Shown here: piece by piece, positions 11,983-24,329 of the stretch
Numbering within the stretch: the first letter of the stretch is position 1
Layout of the letters: each line of letters opens with the position of its first letter
Notes under the pieces: model-generated
Database searches by the model: none
Told to the model about the DNA's origin: nothing
Seen by the model: the letters and a program-made list of their open reading frames with translations, nothing else
Made by a program: the position numbers and the translations under genes
Assembly: GCF_036321535.1 (NCBI RefSeq)
Contig: NC_087457.1
Coordinates: 29,450,001-29,514,000, forward strand
Reading direction: 5' to 3'
From: Camelus dromedarius
Lineage: Eukaryota
Length of the DNA: 64,000 nucleotides

Positions 11983-13989
11983 TTAATGGCAATATATAAT
12001 TATGGTTTCTGGGATGTTCTAGAAAGCTGATTTCCTTAAACTGAGGTTTTACTATGTTTACATAGCAGCTAGTAAAACTATGATATTTATTATTTTAAAA
12101 GGTATAAATACTCAAAATATAATAAAAGTTTAGAAAAAAATCATGGATAAAGGATTTCTTATATCGCCACTCTACTTGACAACTGTTTGTTTTGGTATTA
12201 ACATTCAGTTTCTTTGTCAGAATAATACTATCCTAGATATATAACTGGTCTGACAGAGAATTTAGTCTTATATTCTTTATATCTTTCAGTCATCACTAAT
12301 ATTATGCCACCCAGAAATTCTAAGTCATCTGCATCCCACATATGATTCAAAAATGCAAGCAAGTATGCTATATATAAGTTCTACTAAATAGAACACATAG
12401 GAGTAACTTTTGATTTTTGTCTCTGGAAATAATTTAACTTTTCCATTCAAATACATTTTTTTTTTTTTGCTTTTAGTATGATCTACAAATACTTATTTTT
12501 AAGACAAATTGAATCTGTTTTATCTATGAATATATTGGGAATGGAATGAAACTTTAATACCAGCAGTTTTCATTGGTATTGTTAATTCTATTTTTATTTT
12601 TTCTTTAATATGAAGACTCTGATTCCCAGAAACAAGGGGTTAATTAGACAGTAAACTTCCTTGGGGGGAAAAATGCAGCACTGAAACTGTTTTTAAATCA
12701 ATAATATTGCACTTAGATTGCAGATAAGCTCTGAGGTGAGAAACATCCCTGGACGATCAGGTGAAGCATGACAAATGCCAAGAAGCAAGCCCTGATGAGC
12801 GCTCTGGATGTAAACGCACCTCTGCTCCCAACTGAAATACTTGAAATCTCGCGTCTTCAGAGTGCATTCCCCGTCCACCCTGCTGGAAAATGTTTCCTTT
12901 TGGATTTGGCCACAAAGGGTTTTGTTTTGTTTTGTTTTGTTTTTGGTGTTTTCCTTTGTTGCTGTTCTGTCTAATCTAAAATAACATCACACAGTAGAAG
13001 CAGTTTTTTTTTAGCGTCTTTTCTTTTCTATAAACAGAAGGAAATTTTATATAAAATATTTGCAGATGAGAATTGGACAGGTTTTTTTTTTCAAGTAGGA
13101 AACCATTTTTTAAAGAAACGTCAAATATTTTAAAATGCTAAAGAATATGCTTTTATTGGCGTAAAATCCATCATACACAATGAAATATGACATTTGTGGG
13201 AGAGGGATTCATGTTTCTCAATGTTACACTTTTGAATCAAGAGCATATTTTACAGAATGAGTAGATAAAATGCACTTAATAGATAAATTTACTAAAAATA
13301 TTTCCCCTGATCATTATGCTCTTAAAACTACGTTTAGGTCTTAAGATTACTAGTGTGGAACCTGCTTTCTACAAGGAAATGTTTAGGAGTATTAGTTATG
13401 TTAATTTTATATGAAGAAATTTCACAAATGATTAATAATCACACTTTCAATATCTAGCTGAATAAAGGAACGAAACCTCTTTGGCTACAATTTCTAGGTC
13501 TGTGTAACCTTTGACAGAAGTGCTCGGATATGTATGCTTTTCCTTTCTCCTAAACATCGTTGCTGACTGTTACTCTATTTGAGATTTACTGTGTGGTCTG
13601 TCGACTTAACGGAGCAAACGTAACCTCCAGTTTGAAGCCGGCACCAGTAATTTTTCCTGACTCTGCTCTGCTTACTGGGTTAGTCATTCTTTAGTTCTGA
13701 CTTCTAGCAGGAGCCAAACAGGTGCTTTTTAATGTACTTCAAACACGCCAGGCTGAGAACAACAGGCTTGTTAAATAAATGTTTTTCGGAGACTTAATCT
13801 GAGGGTCATTAAAGGTAGGAATAGACTTCTAACTGTGACTTGCAGTCTTGTTTCCTGGAGGCATGTGTGGATATAATGAACTGACTTGGATGCTTCCAGG
13901 AGTGCCTGTTACGTGCCAAACAATTAGGCTTAGCATTTTCGTGTACATACGCTCTTATTCAAATGCCAGAACACAGTGAAGCAGACTTG

Positions 13990-14100
13990 CTAGATAGAAA
14001 TTGAGGCTCAGAGAAGCTAAGAACCTGCATATAGTCATCCCCTGGATCAGAAATAACCTAGGTAGAGACTGGATTTTAATCCAGATGTTCAGACTAAGTG
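13990..14100 (-). mobile_element. MIR fragment
   Basis: 'agatagaaattgaggctcagagaagctaagaacctgcatatagtca' is the reverse MIR core. Confidence 0.6.
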
Positions 14101-14264
14101 TAGTGTGTTACCCCCTCACTGTGTTGCACTAGAAGCCTATGACTTTGGGAGGCCCATCCGGATCTGGAATTCTGCCTTTAGTGAAAGATTTCCTGTACTG
14201 TTACAAAATAGTAGACCTAAATCCTGTCCTGCGAACATTGTTCCCAGGTCGGGACTTCTTTGCC

Positions 14265-14400
14265 GTGTGCACAAGTTATTTAATCTGTTAATCTTAGGTT
14301 TCTCTCTCTAAAAATAACGAAAATGATATTTCAAACCATTGCCCACGGGTGTCATGAAAATTTATATAATAATCATGGTCATAAGTCATCTTAAGCTACT
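14265..14400 (+). mobile_element. MIR fragment
   Basis: 'gcacaagttatttaatctgttaatcttaggtttctctctctaaaaataacgaaaatgata...gtcatgaaaatttat' resembles the MIR core and 3' part. Confidence 0.55.
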
Positions 14401-14457
14401 AAAGAAAATTTCTGACTAGTAGATAAATCCACAAATTCTATTTTTATCCTCCTACAG

Positions 14458-14600
14458 AGCCCCCACCAGAGGCCCACTCCCCCGTATCCTCCCATTTTCT
14501 AAGAAAACAATGAAGAACTGATAGAAGACACTGCAGCAAGTAGCACCATGGCCGCAAGGAAAACACTAATAAAGACATGAATCTTACTTTTGAATTTGAT
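14458..14600 (+). other. Candidate 3'-terminal exon of an unknown transcript
   Basis: Acceptor TTTTTATCCTCCTACAG|14458, alternative acceptor TCCTCCCATTTTCTAAG|14504, AATAAA at 14568-14573 and T-rich sequence downstream. I do not recognise the product. Confidence 0.25.
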
Positions 14601-14899
14601 GAACATTTCTCTTTGCCCAAAGCCTGGTTCCTTTTTTAATGCACAGTGAATATGAGACCAACTAACTTTTAAATAATTTATTTGATAAAATCATAATTGT
14701 AAGCCTCCAGAGATCTTAATGTCTCTATCAGGCTATAGATATTACATGATCCTCATTAATATTCTGTCAATTGAATTTTAATGCTATCAATATTGTCATG
14801 CGGTGTTTCTCCGGGAGACCTTATGCAAGACAGTCTTGAGTTAGAAAAGAATACAGACATTTACAATGATAAAATTTATCCAATATTAGAAGAAAGATT

Positions 14900-15546
14900 C
14901 AATAATTGAAAGAAATAGCAAAGAGCAAAGAATTATTGAAGATTAGTGTAGCAAGAAAACATGCTTAGCATTTTTTACCAACAGAAACACTGCCAGCCTG
15001 GACGGAAAGGGAGAGAGATGGGACAGAATAAAGGAAGAATGATTCTAAGAGTAGAGACAAGGATGCTGATGTGAGAAAGGACAGGTCTGTTTCCCTAGAG
15101 GGTTGAGAAGGTGGGCTGTCTCCAGTGGCCCAAAAGATTATAATGGAGCATGAAGCCACATGAGATTATTCTTGGGCCTCAAAACCCAGCAGAATTTGCT
15201 CTACTGGGTTACAAACTTGCTTTAGACCAATAAGCCCTATATATATATTATTCATTTTCTCACTTTTAGAATAGGAGTATATATTTTATGCCTGCCACAT
15301 CATCGTGTTTTGGAAGAAGATAAATTATTTTCTATTTTCATAGATCAATGGACAAAGAAAAATTTTGTCTTATGACAATATGTATAATCTTAACCATACT
15401 TGATTGAGATGATGAGATTTGGAATATTTTCGAGTTGATAATATTTAAGTGAGATTTTGGATATTTAAATGCTAGTCTGTGTTAAGAATTTTGGGATGTT
15501 GCAATTGGGTGAATGTCTTTTGTACATGTAGCAGTAGACAGCGGGC
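14900..15546 (+). mobile_element. MaLR internal sequence (MLT-int, 3' portion)
   Basis: 'cagaaacactgccagcctggacggaaagggagagag', 'gattattcttgggcctcaaaac' and 'gatgatgagatttgg...gggtgaatgtcttttg' match MLT-int as I recall it, and it abuts the LTR. Confidence 0.7.
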
Positions 15547-15979
15547 TATACTAGTTGGTTGAATAGTGCCCATTTCCAAATTTGCATCCACCCATAACTG
15601 CAGTATGTGACCTTATTTGAAAATAGGGTTTTGCAAACTGAATTAGGTTAGGCTCTAAACCAGTATGGTAGGTGTCCTTACAAGAAGCAGGAAATTCAGA
15701 CATGGAAACAACAGAGAGAATGAGACACGATGACAGAGGCAGAAGTTGGACTGATACATCTACAAACAAGGAGTATCAAGAACTGCTGGCGACCACCAGA
15801 AACTAGGAGAGACAGATGACACAGACCCACCTTCAGAACCTCCAGATGAAACCAACCCTGCCTCCAGGCTGATTCTGGAATTGTTAAAAAAGAAACAGAA
15901 ACAAACAAAAAAAACATCTATTTGTTGTTGCACATGCTCGTTTGTAGTTCTTTGTTCTGGCAGCCCTAGGATTTTGGCA
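15547..15979 (+). mobile_element. MLT1 (MLT1C/D-like) MaLR LTR
   Basis: 'ggttgaatagtgccc...gtgaccttatttgaaaatagggttttgca...ccaccagaaactagg...ttctttgttctggcagccctagg'. Confidence 0.85.
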
Positions 15980-17879
15980 GGAAAATCCTATTGCTGTTAT
16001 AGTAAAATTAATACTAAGAGCTACCCTATCAGTTACTCTCTTAATGTAAACGTTTACATTGCAACTAAAACAAACTACCATATATTCACAACTATATTTT
16101 GAAGTTAACCTTATAAACATAGCATGCCTAATTTGAATGCAGAGCAAATAGGAAAAGGACACAAATTCATATTATTCATAAATATTTTGTGCTATATTCA
16201 GAGAAAAAGCAATGACATTTTTGTCATAGGAATCTTCCCATGTCATCACAAAGTAAAGATAAAGAGATATTCTATCATTCATCTAAGTTGGTTTCAATTG
16301 TTTTGAGCAGGTATCACACAATTGTATTTAGTGAAACTACATTCAACAAGAAATAATGTTTAATATACTCACATGAAACTTTGCAGTTGTTTTGTTTTTA
16401 ATTTTTGTTTTCCTGGAATTAGGGTGAATAAGATCATAAAAGCAGAATGTGGGGGAAATGTCTACATTCAATTCATCTTAAGACTGCACTGTCAATAGTG
16501 TTGTCTACAAATTTAAAGCTAAATTTTTAAGGTGCTAAAACTAAGAAAATACTGCTTTTTACTTTCTTTATTAGATAAGCTTCGTCATTTTTGATGTTTT
16601 GTTATTTTTGGTATATTGACTAGAATCTCCATAGTGCAAATTTGATTCAGGTTTGCTGTAACTGATAGTTAGAGATAAGAAAGCAAACACAAATACTGAG
16701 AATTTTAAAACTGCTATTCAGTGAGTGTCATTATCTTTCTGGAACTCATACTTCCTAAATGATATAAAACAGGTAATTAGACTGGGTTTTACAGTGTTAA
16801 AAACGTCTTCTCTTATCTCTCTGAATGAAGAATGTGAACGCATTAATCCTTTGTATATGACAATAAAAAGAAGAGTACTATTCTTTAATCACTTTGTTGA
16901 TATTTTGTTGCTGAGGTTAGAAATTCTTCATGTAGCATAAATATATAAAACTTAAAATGGAGAGTGTTTGCTTCTTTTTTGGGTTGTTGTTGTTAATTTT
17001 AAATATCCCAAATCTCAGAATAAAGTAATGATGTGATGAAACACAGAAATGTTATCTAAACAATATTTAAAAAAAAAAAAAAAAACAACTCAAGATATAT
17101 GGAAAGACAAGAAGAGAAATAAATAGTGAGTTCATTCTGATCACCTGTGAGCTTTTTGGATTATGATAAAAAAAAATGCATTATCATAGAACATTTTTAG
17201 GATTTTGAGACCTGGAAAGAAAAGTGAGAGACTGTGAATAAATTAAGTGACAGCTGAAGGTCATTTTAACTGTACTAACTTAGAAATATACAACAAAAAA
17301 GAATTTCCATTTCTTACTGACATACAATATATGCACAGGAGATATAATTAGACACGGTTTGAGATCCTGTTTGGACACCTTCTTAATTATCTTCAATAAA
17401 AATGAAATTTTAGAAAAGAGATTAATTCAACAAATCAATTGATAATGACTAATTAATTAATGTCAGTTATCATTTATAAAGCCGTTTGAAGCTGGAACAT
17501 GTTGTGCGTGTAAAGTAGTTTTATTAAGATTATAATGATGAAGAATGTGGGTGAAAAATCTGGCATAGATAACATTTTAAAGAATCATTTATATTATGGC
17601 CCAAAGATGGTACAGTATTTTGGAATAGATATGCAGTTATGTTTCTTACGTTTCTTTTCAAATTTTTTTCTTATATGACTAATAGTGTCTTTTTAATTCA
17701 CTCTAGGCATCATTTCTTATGTCAATCTGTCAATCAAAAAGTATTTGCTAAGCCCCTAATATATACCAAATGCCATTCTGAGCATTAGGAATTTAGTGGT
17801 GAACAAAGTGAGCAGAATCCCTGCCTTTAAGGTATTGATATTCTTATAGATGAAGGAAATCTAAAGACATAAACAGAGA

Positions 17880-18019
17880 GGGGGGAGGATATAGCTCAAG
17901 TGGTAGAGTGCACGCCTAGCATGCAAAAGGTCCTGGGTTCAATCCCCAGTATCTCCTCTAAAAATAAATAAATGAATGAACCTAATTACCTCCCCACACT
18001 AAATAAACAAACAAACAGA
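17880..18019 (+). mobile_element. tRNA-Ala-derived SINE, camelid Vic-1-like
   Basis: GGGGGAGGATATAGCTCAAGTGGTAGAGTGCACGCCTAGCATGCAAAAGGTCCTGGGTTCAATCCCCAGTATCTCC...AAATAAATAAATGAATGAACCTAATTACCTCCCC plus an A-rich tail. Possible short TSD AAACAGA (17871-17877 and 18013-18019). Confidence 0.9.
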
Positions 18020-18359
18020 AATAAGAATTTCAGGGTCTAATGGATGGTATGGAGAAAATTAGCTAAGCTTAAGTGATAAAGTGGTGTGTGGATATGGCCC
18101 TGTGTTGGCTAGGTGATCTGAGAAGCTCTTCTGAGCTTTGACATTAGGCCTGAATAATAAGACGACACCAACCAAGGAACAAAGAAAATAGCAAATACGA
18201 GAGCCCAAGTCAGGAATAAGCTTGGTGAGTTCAAGAAACAAACGAAAAAAAAAAAAAAAAAAAAAGAATCTAAGGCAGCTGGAATATGCTAAGAGTAGAG
18301 TAGAATATGACATCAGGAATCTAGGCAAGGTGGTTAGAAGTCACTGGACAACTGAGAGG

Positions 18360-18420
18360 GAGTGGTGTCTGACTTCTAGTCTGTAATATTTTATTATGGC
18401 AACTCTAGAAGACTAGTACA
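18360..18420 (+). mobile_element. MLT1 LTR 3'-terminal fragment
   Basis: 'gtaatattttattatggcaactctagaagactagtaca' resembles the MaLR LTR terminus (ttgttatggcagccctag...aactaataca). Confidence 0.45.
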
Positions 18421-18524
18421 AGATGTTTCAAAGAGGGAGAAGTAACTATGTTCAATGCTGCTGAAAGTCTAATGGGATGAATACTGAGGCTTGACCACCA
18501 GCTTCCGGCATACAAAAGTCATCA

Positions 18525-19062
18525 TGTAACAGGGACTATTTGTTCTCTTGCCTTGCTACAGAAGGTTTTCTGTATTTTATTTACTGGCCTGATTAAGCTG
18601 TACTAATTCCACAGAATGCATTAGAGTATTTCACTTCTACCTCCCAGTGTTCATCCCCCACAGCATGATAACCACTGACCAAACCATAAGTCCTCAGAAT
18701 GTGGCCCATATAACATCACCTGAATCTTAGCTCTTTTCCAGTACTAGATGGTATAAGGGTGGAAAAAGGTGACTTAGGAGCTTATAACTCGGACCAACAG
18801 ACCACCTGCACATACCTCGCAGACATCCTGTCTCCTGGGAAAATGCCACAAGAAGATGATTTGACCCTCACCTCCCTTCTCCTCCTAGAATAAAGGAAAC
18901 CTAAACTCTGTTCTGAACTAAGATGGTTCTTCAGGACGTTAGTCTTTCATCTTCTCGGTTTGCTGGCTTTCTGAATAAAGTTGCTATTCCTTTCCCCGAC
19001 ACCTGTCTCTTGATTTACTGGTCCATCCTGTGGCAAGCAGTATGAGCTTGGACTTAGTAACG
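18525..19062 (+). mobile_element. ERV1-class solo LTR, 538 bp
   Basis: Starts TGTAAC and ends TAGTAACG (CA>CG). AATAAA at about 19 kb is followed by the typical 'gcaagcagtatgagcttggacttagtaac' U5 end. The 4-bp TSD ATCA is at 18521-18524 and 19063-19066. Confidence 0.85.
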
Positions 19063-20014
19063 ATCAAGCAGAACATTCCAAGGACTCATAGTTCATTTCC
19101 ATCATAGCAATTCATGTTCTAAAGACACACCTTTCTTGAGAATGTCCAAACCTGGTGAATTAACCTTTCCCACACAGTCTTCCAAAAGTTATTTAATTAC
19201 TTGACCTTGAATTGAGAGGGAAAGGTGGAGCTGGGAGTAGCATGAAGGAAAGGGACACCATTCAGTGAGTGTTTACCATCTGTCAAGTACTGGGCCAGGT
19301 GGTATATGCAGTACCTCTCTCATCCTCACCACAACGCTTCAAGCAGTTTATGGTTCATTTGTTTGTTTGTTTATTTATTTATTTATTTAAAAATTGTTTA
19401 CTAAGGGGCTGTGGAAGTGTGTCATAACACTTCTAGTCTATGTCTAAAAGGATTCTGTAAATTCTTTGTTATAGTTACAGTTTCAGAGTGAGTTTATATA
19501 CCTAAAACTCATAACTGAGTGAATTTTATTTAATTCAACACATGTTTGTTCAATTATTATTATATAGTGGGCTGTTAATTCAAGTTCAAGCCTTGCATGC
19601 ACTAAATTTCTTATAAGTACAGAAGAGTGGAGGAGATAGCATTCTTTGATAATAAATTTCTCATTGCATGTATATATATTTGGTTCTATTCCTGTTGGTT
19701 CTGTTTCTCTAGAAAATCCTTAAAAACACAAAATATTCCATTCATTGTTCAGTTTCTTGATTAAAAGGTAATTCATGATTGTTATAGAAAACTACCCAGA
19801 TAATGCAGAGGAGTATAAAGATAAAATCAGACACGAAGTAAAAATCATTTCTAATCTGAAAAATTACGGCTATTTTTTTAATCACCCCATACAGCATCAT
19901 CCTGTATACAGTTGTACTCTTCCCTCTTAACAACCATACCATTGTATCTCTATATTGTTAGACACTATGTAATTGTATCTAACTACCATTCAGACTGATA
20001 TGAACTCATTTTTT

Positions 20015-20240
20015 TAACCATTTAACATGTTTACAATATGCCAGATATTGCACAAAGTATTCTACATTAATATCTCATTTTATGTTTGAAGTTATCCATT
20101 GGTGTGTTTCTTTTTATTCCCATTGTACAGTTGAGGCTCTGAATATGAAAGATTTCAAGCAGTTTGCCCAAAGTCATAGAATTAGAAGTTGTGGTTCTAA
20201 GTTTTATACCCAGGTCACTCCAATTCCAAAGTTCTAAGTT
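20015..20240 (-). mobile_element. MIR
   Basis: 'ttattcccattgtacagttgaggctctgaa...ttgcccaaagtcatagaattagaagttgtgg' is reverse MIR. Confidence 0.65.
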
Positions 20241-21004
20241 ATCTTGGTCTTTAATTATTTCAACTGTGTATCTCATGTATTTTTTAAATGATGTTTTATG
20301 TACCTGGAGAACATATTCTGTGCTCTGTGCTTCTTTTGTATGCCCTTCAATATTTAATAAACTGCAAGGCACATGTTTGTTTCTAATTAAATTCTTAATT
20401 AATTTAATTGAATTTACCATGGTCTTTGCTACTTCATCATTAATTTATTTGTGCTATTGACTTGGACTCAGTAAAAATATACATGATCTCCATTGATAAA
20501 AACATTGAGTTATGATTTATATGCCCTAATCAAGATATTGTTTTAATAAACACCTCTGGTTTATATAATCAAGAAAAGAGTTTCTATAATTAGGTTTTTT
20601 CCCAAATAGTATATATCTAAAATTTAAAGAAATGTAAAGTCACTGATTAATGTTTTAGTTATACTACTTATCAAATGATGAAAAACATCAGAAGTATGGA
20701 TCAAACTATACGCATTAACAAAAATCTCACATTTTCTTTCCAGAGAATTTAGTGGTTAATAACTGGAAGAAAACAATGCAGAATAATTTCATTTTCACAC
20801 CTCCCAATAATTTCTATTTTCTTTCTGTGAGTTAGCCTACAATCTCTTTTTTATATTTGTTCTTACAGTGATGCTCATAAAAATTCTCCTGCTGTAATAT
20901 TTCTTCACTCTACATTTTTTCTGAAATGTCATTTCATAAAACACTTTTTTTTTTCTGATGTGGCACAAACTGTTCAATGGCCAATAGGTATCAGAACAAA
21001 ATGA

Positions 21005-21158
21005 CCTGGAGAGTGGGGAGATGGTTCTTTGAGACATAAGTCCACTTTCTCCCCGGGATTGCTGGCTTCCTCAATAAAGCTATTTTCCTTTTATCCAACA
21101 CTTGTCTTTCACTGTTGGATACTTGAGCTATGAGTAGCTGAACCTGAGTTCAGTAACA
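21005..21158 (+). mobile_element. ERV1-class LTR 3' fragment (R/U5)
   Basis: 'gagatggttctttgagacataagtcc...gctggcttcctcaataaagc...gagtagctgaacctgagttcagtaaca' is homologous to the 3' end of the LTR at 18525-19062. Confidence 0.75.
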
Positions 21159-21654
21159 CTTCTATAAATAATAGGAACTGACTGCATTATTAAGTTCCTA
21201 TTTGTCAGTGATCTCTATATATAATTTACTATAAGTTAGTAAGCAAAAGCGTAAATACTTTGGACTATAATCCTGGGGGGAAAATGCTAAGTTTTAGTTA
21301 TTTGGAGTAAAAGGCATTTATTTCTCACACAATCTTAAGGTGTCGTTAAAATTTTTTAAAAAGTATGATTAACAGATTTCCAAACTTGGTAGTTTTCACA
21401 GCCTCTTCAAAAGATGAAGCAATTCCATAGATATCACATATCTTTAAGGACTTGTTAACGTTCTGAAAGACGTGTAAAGTATTGGAATATTCAGGCAATA
21501 CTGATTGTAAATTGTATTTCCTTCTTTTTGAATATTCATATATATTTAGCTTTTCGGAAGAAATCAAGATGCTAAGTAAAATTTCCAAAAACTTATCATC
21601 TTTTCAACCAAACATTCAATAACAGTGTAATGCTTAACATGTCTTTGGGAAATT

Positions 21655-22185
21655 TATGCTTTTAGCCCTGCCATCTCTCCTGCACTCTGGATTCTTGTAT
21701 TTAACTCCTAGACTAACATTGTTATTTGGATGTCTAATAGGCATCTAATGGACATCTTAAACTTCATATGTTTTCCCCTAAAACTTGCTTTTGCATTAGA
21801 ATTAAGAGCAAATCCATCTTTCTAATGTTCAGGTCAACCATCTCAGTCTTCCTTATCCCAGCTCTGTCTTCCACACCAAGTATCCAAGCCACCAGGAAAT
21901 TCTGTTGGGGGCAGTGAATCCCTTAAAAATATATATTAAGAACTCAGCCCCTTTTACTATCTGTATTGCTACCAAATCGATCCATTATTTCTCACTGTTT
22001 TCCAAGCTCCTCTCTTGGCCACTTCAGTCCATTGTCAAATGAGCAGAGAAAGCAAAAATTTAAAAACTGAAATCTTATCACTTTTTCATCACTGAAAATT
22101 ATCTAATGGTTTCATAGCTTGCTCAGAATCAAAATCAATTTTCTATAGTCCACAAAACTCTTCATAACTTGTCTCCATCAATCGT
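21655..22185 (+). mobile_element. L2 fragment
   Basis: 'gccatctctcctgcactctggattcttgtatttaactcc...ttggatgtctaataggcatct...aaacttcatatg' matches the L2a ORF2/3' region. Confidence 0.7.
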
Positions 22186-22656
22186 CAGCCTTTGTGGTTA
22201 TATGAAATCACATTTCTATTTTTGAACTAGAAAAAAAATTAAATAAAGTCAAGAAGATAATCCAGTTATGAACGTAATTAAGAATACAGCTGTATAAACA
22301 TATAAGCCAAATACTTGCTATGAATGGATACTAGAAAATACAATTTTGAACAACGCTGATTTTTCATATTTTGGAGGAAATTATTTAACAATTCACTATG
22401 TAGATTATTATGGAGATTTCTACCAGCAAACTAAGTTTATAACTCAGGGGTTATTTTTAATGGCACTTTTCCCTTAAGAAGTAACTAAATAGAGTCATAA
22501 ACTCTGTTTCTAGTCATCTACCTAAATTATAGTGAATAGAAGTAAAGTGTTGAAAAAGCTCCTTTTTAAAAAACTTTATTGCAGATTCAAGATAAACTAT
22601 TTCGTTTTTGCTCATTTTATTTCATTTTCATTTGTACCACTCTATTAATCATAGGT

Positions 22657-22978
22657 AGCTGGCTCTCTGTATCTGCAGGTTCCACATCCACAAATTAAAC
22701 CAACTGCAGATTAAAAATATTTTATTAAAAAATCCAGAAATGTCCAAAATGTAAAACTTGAATGTGTTATGCACAGGCCACTATTTACGTAGCATTCACA
22801 TTGTATTACATGTCATACATAATCTAGAGATGATTTAATGTATAGAAGAGGATGTACGTAGGTGATATGAAAATAACGCCATATTTTATGAGGGACTTGA
22901 ATTTTGAATTTTGGTATCCATGGGGTGGGGACGAGGGGTCCTGGAACCAGTACTCCTGCAGATACTGAGCAAAGGCTG
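22657..22978 (-). mobile_element. MER2 (TcMar-Tigger) MITE
   Basis: TIR-like ends 'ctctctgtatctgcagg' and 'cctgcagatactgagcaaaggctg|ta'. The internal 'aatctagagatgatttaa...gaggatgtacgtaggt...gacttga' matches the reverse of MER2. Confidence 0.85.
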
Positions 22979-23090
22979 TATTTAATATGGAGGTACTATT
23001 TACATCAATGTGAAACCATAGTCAGTATATTTCTATTCAGGAAAAATTTTTTTTAAAAACTTATTTTATGTGGAGACAATTAAAAAAATA

Positions 23091-23128
23091 GTATGTGTGT
23101 GTGTGTGTGTGTGTATACACACACATAC
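23091..23128. repeat. (TG)n/(CA)n compound microsatellite with a 20-bp perfect palindrome
   Basis: TGTGTGTGTATACACACACA at 23106-23125 is self-complementary. Confidence 0.9.
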
Positions 23129-23910
23129 GATGTAGAAACAGCCTCTTGATTTATTTTATCTGTTTATGTACACTTCTGACAAAATTAGTAGGAAGAGAGA
23201 ATATCTCAGAAGGTTGTTAGAAAGAGTTATTAGAAAATCAGCATATTTGATGATTTATTAAGTCGACTGTCTCCCTGGTCTTAAAAAGTGTGTACTGTCC
23301 AACATTTATTTTCTACAAATTATAGTAGATTATAGAATTAATCAAAGGGTTTCTGCCTTCTATAAATTTAACTTAGAAAGGATCCTTTGGAAAAATAGAG
23401 GGCAAAATAAAGTTAATGACTGCTTTCAAAGAATTTTAATAGAACATAGTGAAACGCTCCTCTATAGCTAATATTTTTTACAGCAAAATGCATAAGGAAA
23501 GAAAGTGAGAGAGAAAAAGACGGCCAGAGGAAAGAGAGGAGAGAGCTACTTAGGCCCCTGGGATTTCTTTGTGAGAGGCTGTTATTTGTATTGATTTTAG
23601 TTTGCAAGTTCTTTTCCTCCTTCTCTCTGTTGGCCCACTATGTAATCCATAAATAATACATACAGGAGCAGTGAGTCATTCTTTAGACTGCAAGCATAGC
23701 AACCATCACAACACATTAACCCACCAACTGAACACCACATCATCTCCATCATAAAATGCACTTCATCGTGGAATCAAGACCCTAGAATTTAAACTCTCTG
23801 TTGGCCTTGAGATTCTAACTAAACCGAGTGAGTAGTGCAAAATGAAAGGATTCTTACATGACAACTGCCTCAGCTTCTAGTATTCCTTGTGCCTTAATTC
23901 GTGTCCTTAC

Positions 23911-23957
23911 CTCTTTGCCTTTAAACACCGACGAGCAGCGAATGTTTAAGGCAAGAG
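23911..23957. other. Inverted repeat / stem-loop
   Basis: CTCTTTGCCTTTAAACA - CCGACGAGCAGCGAA - TGTTTAAGGCAAGAG forms a 15-bp stem with two single-T bulges and a 15-nt loop. Confidence 0.8.
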
Positions 23958-24329
23958 CTGTTGTTATTATAGTTAACAGTGTGTTATATATGACCCCTTT
24001 CTGAGTGATTTGATCGGAATTACGAATTTTTTTTCTAAAGAATGTAACTGTTATTTATCATATAAATCTGTGGGAAATAGAAAGCTTCAGACTACAAGCA
24101 GGTAACTAAGTGGTTAGTTTACAAGCCCAATGAAGAGAGAAGTGATTAAAATCAACTTTGGAAAGTAACACCAATAAAGATAATTGGGAACTAATAATAT
24201 TTCAGTGAGCAATACGACCTCAGGGAGTTTCGGAGTTTCAGTATTTCAGAGAACTGGACACTCATATCATATAATACATGTGCAAGGGTCTTTCTAATTT
24301 TATGGAAGAAGCATCTTATTTTTATGATT

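Larger units (their letters stand above)
17720..18520 (-). mobile_element. L2 (3' region) fragmented by later insertions
   Basis: 'aatcaaaaagtatttgctaagcccctaatatataccaaatgccattctgagcattagg...gtgaacaaagtgagcagaatccctgcc' is the reverse L2 3' end. L2-like sequence resumes after the SINE. Confidence 0.65.
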
